Source of the DNA: Thermoplasmata archaeon
GTDB lineage: Archaea; Thermoplasmatota; Thermoplasmata; Lutacidiplasmatales; UBA184
Assembly: GCA_022750335.1 (NCBI GenBank)
Contig: JAKIVX010000006.1
Span: 12,976 to 76,975, forward strand
Length of the DNA stretch: 64,000 nt
Direction: 5' to 3'
Made by a program: the position numbers and the translations under genes
The notes under the pieces: model-generated
Told to the model about the DNA's origin: nothing
Database searches by the model: none
What the model saw: only the letters and a program-made list of their open reading frames with translations
Shown: positions 58,918 to 64,000 of the stretch, one piece after another
How the letters are laid out: the number at the start of each line of letters is the position of its first letter
Position numbering within the stretch: position 1 is the first letter of the stretch

Positions 58918-59967
58918 CTAGGCCGCGAACGACGCTGGCGACTCCCCGGGGTGGGCGTCGAAGTACCGGCGGGTCGGCTCGAGCCGACGGTCGAGGACGT
59001 CGACCACGGCCGCCTTGAGGTCCTGGGGGTGGAGGTTGCCGGCGGTCCACGCCTCGAGAAACGCCGCGACGCTCTCGAACGCGAGCGGACCGCCGAACTT
59101 CGCCGGGCGGGGGACGTCAAACCGTCCCTCCCAGGGAAAGACGATGTACCGGACGATCTCGACGATCGGGTTGCCGTCGACCTCCTTCGCCGGGCAGAAC
59201 GCGCTGGCGACCCGTTCGGCGATCGTGGTCCGCGGGGCCGGGATCGGGATACCGGAGCTGGGGTCCGACTTCGACATCTTGCGTTCGAGCCCTCCCTCGG
59301 TCGGGTCCATCCGGCCGGCCCCCTTGAGCGAGGAGAGGAGTGGCGTGTGGATCGCCACGGGAACGGGCCAGTGGTACTGGTGCGCGACCTCCCGGGCGAG
59401 CACGTGCGCCCGTCGCTGGTCCATCCCCCCATAGGCCAGGTCGACGGGCAGCTCGAAGATGTCGGCGGTTTGCATCGAGGGATAGAACAGCTTGGCCGTG
59501 TCCATCGACGCTTCCTCTTCGGAGCGGCCCATGATCGACATCGCCCGTTTGGTGCGGGCGAGGCTCGTCGTGCGGGCCACGCGCAACACCCGGGCCCAGT
59601 AGTCCGGGGATCCTGTCAGCTCGGACGCCCAGCGGTAGCGGACGCGGGAGGGGTCGGCGCCGAGCGCGGTGAAGGCCGCCTGCATGTACCGACCGCTCGC
59701 GCGGATCCGTTCGAGGTCCGCCCCGAGCTTGTCGTTGATCCACGCGTGCCAGTCCGCCAGGAACACGGTGACTTCGAGGCCGGCGTCCGCGAGGTCGATG
59801 ATCTTGCGGGCGGTGATGAGGTGCGCGACCGTGAGCGCGCCCGACGGCTCGAAGCCGATGTACGCCTTCGGCCGGTCGTTGCGCTGGAGGAGCGCCTCGA
59901 CCTCCTCCGTCGTCAGGACCTCGGCCGTGTGCCGGACGACCAGGTCGACCCGAGTTGCGAGGTCCAC
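58918..59967 (-). CDS. tyrS: Tyrosine--tRNA ligase (archaeal type)
   Basis: AYIGFEPSG, ADWHAWINDK, YPSMQTAD, GGMDQR, KMSKS, AFCP, LHPQDLK. Confidence 0.95.
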   Translation of the reverse strand: MDLATRVDLVVRHTAEVLTTEEVEALLQRNDRPKAYIGFEPSGALTVAHLITARKIIDLADAGLEVTVFLADWHAWINDKLGADLERIRASGRYMQAAFTALGADPSRVRYRWASELTGSPDYWARVLRVARTTSLARTKRAMSIMGRSEEEASMDTAKLFYPSMQTADIFELPVDLAYGGMDQRRAHVLAREVAHQYHWPVPVAIHTPLLSSLKGAGRMDPTEGGLERKMSKSDPSSGIPIPAPRTTIAERVASAFCPAKEVDGNPIVEIVRYIVFPWEGRFDVPRPAKFGGPLAFESVAAFLEAWTAGNLHPQDLKAAVVDVLDRRLEPTRRYFDAHPGESPASFAA

Positions 59968-60081
59968 AGCCGGGAGGAGACGGCTCGGTATTTATGGGGT
60001 GGCCGGGAAGGGACGATCGCCTCCCGGCGCTCGGCAGATTCCATTAAGCCCCCCGAGGTGCTAGTTAGGGTCCCTGCCTCC

Positions 60082-62322
60082 ATGGACGGTGCGACCGAGA
60101 ACGCCACTACGATGAGCCCGCCGGCTCGCTCCCTCTCCGGAGCCGAGCTCGGACGGGCCCTCGGGCTTTCCCCCGAATCGGGAGAGGCCCTCCTCCTGGC
60201 CGGATACTCCGACCCGGACCAGATCCGTCAGCTTTCCGAAGTCGACCTCACGAAGGCGGGCGTCACCGCGGAAGACATCACCCGGCTGCGGACCGCCCGT
60301 CCCCTGGCACCGGCCGCCCCCCTCGATTCGGACCGGATCCTCGAACGCTGGGTCGGCACCGTCCGCAAGACCGAACGGGGCCGACGCAAGCGGGCCCCCC
60401 CGCCCGTGAAGGAATCGACCGATGTCCTGCGCAAATGGGTCGAGGGAGACGACCGTGCGATGGAGGACTGGATCCGATCCTCCGAGGTGGTCCCGGCCCC
60501 CACCAGCGAGTTGCCCTCGCCCCAGGCGCCGACGGAGGCCCGCGTCCCACCTTCGCATGCCCCCAGCCCGGCGGAGAACACGGTCTCGGACCGGGAAGAG
60601 ACGGTGGTCCGTTGGCTCACCGGACTCCTCGACCGAGTCAAGACCGACCAGTTCGACCCGACCACCCTCATCCAGGAGGGTCAGGACCTCCACCGCCAGC
60701 TCTTCGACGAGCGCGCCCGGCGCAAGCAGTTGGAGGACGACATCGAGCACGTGAAGCGCGGCTCGATCGCCGTCATCAAGTATGTCCGGTCCCGCGAAGC
60801 GAAAGAGCGGGAGATCGCGATCCGCGGCAAGGAGGATGAGATCGCGGAGATGAAGCTCCGCCTCCTGGCGCTCGAAGGGGTCGACGGGCGCCCGTCGGCC
60901 GGCCCCCCGATCCTCGAACCTTCCGGCGGCTCGCCCCGCGCGGCCGCCGACGCGGCGGAGAAGGTCGGTCGGGAGGTCGACTCGAGACTTCGGGAGGAGT
61001 TTGCCCAGCGGGAGCACGAATACATCGAGCGCGAGACCGAGCTCCGACGTCGGATCGTCCAGCTCGAAGGCGAAGTGCGCAACCTCCGGGGAGAAACCGA
61101 CCGCATCCGCGACCGGGAGCAGATGCTCACCGGCGGAGGGTCCGTGTCGGAACAGGTCAAGCAACGGCTCGGCGAGGTGGACTCCCGGGAGAAGGACCTG
61201 GTCGCCCGCGAGAACGCGCTCCGCACCCGCTTCGAGGAGATCCGGATCCAAGCCGAGGAGATCGAGCGGCGACGCTCCCCCCTCGAGTTCAAGGAACGTG
61301 AACTCGAGGCGTACGATCAACAGATCCAGACTCGCAAGCAGGCGCTCGACCTCGAGGCTCGCCGCGTCGAGGAGATCCGCCGCGAGGTCGGCGCCGCCGG
61401 CTCCTCGACCGCCTCCGACGAAGCCCGGCGGATCGACGACCTCCGGCACCAGCTCGAACAGAAGGAGACCGACCTCCGGGCCCGCGAGGGGGCGCTGCGG
61501 GAACGCCAGGTCGAGGTCGAGAAGATGAGCGGCAAGGCCGCCGAGGGCGAGGCCGACCGGATGCACTCGGAAGCCGTGGCGGACGTCGCGAGCGCGCGCG
61601 TGAAGAGCGGGGTCCGCCGATTGGACGACCTGCTCTTCGGGGGCTTCCCCACGGGGGCGCAGGTCCTGGTCAACGGACCCGCCCACACGGGCAAGGACGT
61701 CCTCGCCCGGCTGTTCTCCGCCGAGGGCCTGCGCCTGGGGATCCCATCCATCTGGGTCGTGACGGACAAGACGTGGAACCAGGTCCGGGAGGACTTGATG
61801 GGGCTCTTCCCGAAGTACGCGGAGGCCGAGAAGAGCGGGATGATCCGGTTCGTCGACATGTACTCGCGTTCGGTGGGCTCGAACCAGTCGGCTCCGGGCG
61901 TCCGCCTCCTCTCCGCGACCGACAAGGCCGTGCTGGAGCAGCTGGCCTCCTCCGTCAACGGCTTCACCGAGGAACTCAAGTCCCGCTTCCAGAGCTACCG
62001 GCTCATCTTCGAGTCGGTCTCGACCGTGACCGCCTACCTCGATGCGTCGCAGACGTTCCGCTTCTTGCAACCGTTCGTCGGCCGCCGCCGGATCGACGGG
62101 GCGGCCGCGTATTACGAACTTGAGACGGGGATGCACTCCGAGGCTGACCTGGAGACGCTGGAGCACATGGTGGACGGGTCGGTCAACTTGAAGATCGAGC
62201 AGTTGAAGACGTTCCTCTCGGTCCGCGGGATCGCGGAAGCCCAGTCGCGCGCGTGGATCGGCTACACGTTCACGAAGCGCTCGCTGAACCTCGGCTCGTT
62301 CAGCCTCGACCACATCCGGTAG
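60082..62322 (+). CDS. RAD55/KaiC-family ATPase with N-terminal HhH-like domain and long coiled coil
   Basis: SGVRRLDDLLFGGFP, GPAHTGKD, FVDMYS, FESVST, GMH, LSVRGI; E/R-rich coiled coil; ORF-track start at 58951 is an overextension. Confidence 0.85.
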   Translation: MDGATENATTMSPPARSLSGAELGRALGLSPESGEALLLAGYSDPDQIRQLSEVDLTKAGVTAEDITRLRTARPLAPAAPLDSDRILERWVGTVRKTERGRRKRAPPPVKESTDVLRKWVEGDDRAMEDWIRSSEVVPAPTSELPSPQAPTEARVPPSHAPSPAENTVSDREETVVRWLTGLLDRVKTDQFDPTTLIQEGQDLHRQLFDERARRKQLEDDIEHVKRGSIAVIKYVRSREAKEREIAIRGKEDEIAEMKLRLLALEGVDGRPSAGPPILEPSGGSPRAAADAAEKVGREVDSRLREEFAQREHEYIERETELRRRIVQLEGEVRNLRGETDRIRDREQMLTGGGSVSEQVKQRLGEVDSREKDLVARENALRTRFEEIRIQAEEIERRRSPLEFKERELEAYDQQIQTRKQALDLEARRVEEIRREVGAAGSSTASDEARRIDDLRHQLEQKETDLRAREGALRERQVEVEKMSGKAAEGEADRMHSEAVADVASARVKSGVRRLDDLLFGGFPTGAQVLVNGPAHTGKDVLARLFSAEGLRLGIPSIWVVTDKTWNQVREDLMGLFPKYAEAEKSGMIRFVDMYSRSVGSNQSAPGVRLLSATDKAVLEQLASSVNGFTEELKSRFQSYRLIFESVSTVTAYLDASQTFRFLQPFVGRRRIDGAAAYYELETGMHSEADLETLEHMVDGSVNLKIEQLKTFLSVRGIAEAQSRAWIGYTFTKRSLNLGSFSLDHIR

Positions 62323-62409
62323 GCTCGGCGGGGGGCCGTCGGCCCGGGCAGGAGTATTGATGGAGTAAACTCGCCCTCGTTCTTATTCTCGGTGCGGCTC
62401 GCGCGCTCA

Positions 62410-64000
62410 ATGACCGCCGCGCGTGCGCCTCTCCGTTCCGCCGTCTCCGACTCCCGAGCCAGGGTGTTCCGATTTGCCCTCCCGATCCTCGTCGTGGCCC
62501 TGACGGTCCTCGGCACCGGGATCTACGGGGGAGCGGTCGGAACCGCGGCGGTCTCCGTACTCTCGCCGCATCCGTCCGTCACTCCGGCCGCCGCGTCAAC
62601 CGCCGGCGGGGGGACGACGACCTGGGGCTGGACCCAGCTCGCCGAGGCCCAAGCCCCCTCCCCTCGGGCCGGCGCCGCGATGGTGTATGACGCGGCCGAC
62701 GGTTACACGCTTCTGTTCGGCGGGTGCCCGAGCCAGGGACTCGCGTACTGGACCCACTCATGCACGGCGTCCGGCGACACCTGGACCCTGCAGAACGGCT
62801 CATGGACGAACATCACGACGTCGCTCTCGGTCTCCCCGCCCGGCCGCTCCGACGCGGGAATCGCCTACGACTCGGCGGACCAATGCGTCGTCCTGTTCGG
62901 GGGCTTCAACGGCACGACCGTCTACAACGACACGTGGACCTATCACGCCGGCCAGTGGACGAACGTCACTCCGGCTCAGAGTCCCTCGCCCCGCTTTGAG
63001 CCCGGCATGGTCGGGGATGCGGCGGCCGGTGACGTGGTCCTCTTCGGAGGGTCCAACTCCAGCAGTCCGTACGCGGTCTCGTACAACGACACCTGGACCT
63101 ACCAGGGAGGCGCATGGACCCCGGTGCCGACCTCGGTCGCGCCTTCCCCCCGGTTCTCGATGACAATGTCCTACGACCCGACGAGCCAGTGGGTACTCCT
63201 GTTCGGTGGGTGGAGCGCGTCCCAGCCCAACAGCTTCGGGGATACCTGGACGTTTGCGAACGGGACGTGGACGAACATTACCGGCCCGGTCGGACCGTCA
63301 CCGCGCAACTACGCCGCGATGGCCTACGACCCGGCGCTCAACGCATCGATCATGACGGGCGGCCACGTCGGTCAGAACGCCTACAACGACGCCTGGGCGG
63401 AAAACGCGACGGACGGATGGGTGGAGCTGAACACCGGCAACGCCCCGCCCGCCCGGTGGGGACTCGACCTGAGCTACGACGCGACCTCGAACCAGCTCTA
63501 CCTCTTCGGAGGGGTCGACGCGCTCTCGGACTACTACAACGACCTCTGGACCCTCACCCCGATTACGCCCGTCCACTACACTTGGGGGTGGACCCAACTG
63601 GTCACGCCGACCGCACCGTCCCCGCGCGCCGGCGCGGCGATGGTCTACGACCCGGCCGAGGGCTACTCGCTCTTGTTCGGCGGCTGCCCTAGCTCGAATC
63701 TCGCGTATTGGACCCACTCGTGCACGGCGGTCGGAGACACGTGGACCCTCCACAACGGCTCATGGGCCAACATCACCGCCTCGCTCTCGGTCGCTCCGCC
63801 CGCTCGGGCGGACGCCGGGATCGCCTACGACAACGAGGATCAGTCGGTCCTCCTCTTCGGCGGTTTCGACGGCGCCACCGTCTACAACGACACCTGGATT
63901 TTCCACGCCGGCCAGTGGACCAACGTCTCACCGGCCCAAAGTCCCTCGCCCCGATTCGCCCCCGCCATGACCGGGGACGCCTCGGCCGGTGATGTGGTCC
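62410..64000 (+). CDS. Secreted kelch/galactose-oxidase-like double beta-propeller protein (3'-truncated)
   Basis: Signal peptide, then repeated PSPR..MVYD..LLFGG..NDTW units; open to the window end so absent from the ORF track. Confidence 0.88.
   Translation, partial: MTAARAPLRSAVSDSRARVFRFALPILVVALTVLGTGIYGGAVGTAAVSVLSPHPSVTPAAASTAGGGTTTWGWTQLAEAQAPSPRAGAAMVYDAADGYTLLFGGCPSQGLAYWTHSCTASGDTWTLQNGSWTNITTSLSVSPPGRSDAGIAYDSADQCVVLFGGFNGTTVYNDTWTYHAGQWTNVTPAQSPSPRFEPGMVGDAAAGDVVLFGGSNSSSPYAVSYNDTWTYQGGAWTPVPTSVAPSPRFSMTMSYDPTSQWVLLFGGWSASQPNSFGDTWTFANGTWTNITGPVGPSPRNYAAMAYDPALNASIMTGGHVGQNAYNDAWAENATDGWVELNTGNAPPARWGLDLSYDATSNQLYLFGGVDALSDYYNDLWTLTPITPVHYTWGWTQLVTPTAPSPRAGAAMVYDPAEGYSLLFGGCPSSNLAYWTHSCTAVGDTWTLHNGSWANITASLSVAPPARADAGIAYDNEDQSVLLFGGFDGATVYNDTWIFHAGQWTNVSPAQSPSPRFAPAMTGDASAGDVV
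62620..64000 (+). repeat. Intragenic tandem duplication, 960-nt period
   Basis: TWGWTQL..PSPRAGAAMVYD..FGGCPS..LAYWTHSCT begins at 62620 and again at 63580. Confidence 0.85.

Noticed and set aside
58951-60081. 1123-aa ORF-track extension of the RAD55/KaiC protein
   Set aside because: It is the antisense shadow of tyrS; the plausible start is ATG 60082 after the divergent promoter
60061-62313. 750-aa minus-strand ORF and many similar long antisense or alternate-frame ORFs
   Set aside because: Typical stop-poor shadow frames of GC-rich genes; Arg/Gly/Pro-rich and without motifs

Overview
GC-rich archaeal DNA, most likely Thermoplasmata-type. The inference rests on an archaeal TyrRS, a RAD55/KaiC ATPase, DUF835 and DUF981 proteins, a single-OB SSB and TATA-like promoters. 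The window opens with the 3' part of ilvE. A minus-strand group 3b [NiFe]-hydrogenase operon follows: a degenerate hemerythrin-like ORF, beta, cNMP-domain, gamma, delta and alpha subunits, a maturation protease, a Zn-finger-less HypA, HypC, an EamA transporter and DUF6390. Divergent from it is a CBS-domain/formate-tetrahydrofolate ligase pair. About 47 kb (12-59 kb) consists of short, mixed-orientation accessory genes: 5 VOC, 4 SAM methyltransferases, 3 SRPBCC, GNAT/AAC(3)/APH-like enzymes, MFS pumps, a putative toxin-antitoxin pair and a REC-DUF835-wHTH response regulator. Several clear palindromic operators lie among them. The window ends with tyrS, an HhH/coiled-coil/RAD55-KaiC protein and a truncated secreted double kelch propeller. 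No tRNA, rRNA, CRISPR array, integrase or transposase was recognised. All family assignments come from motif recognition by eye, not database searches.
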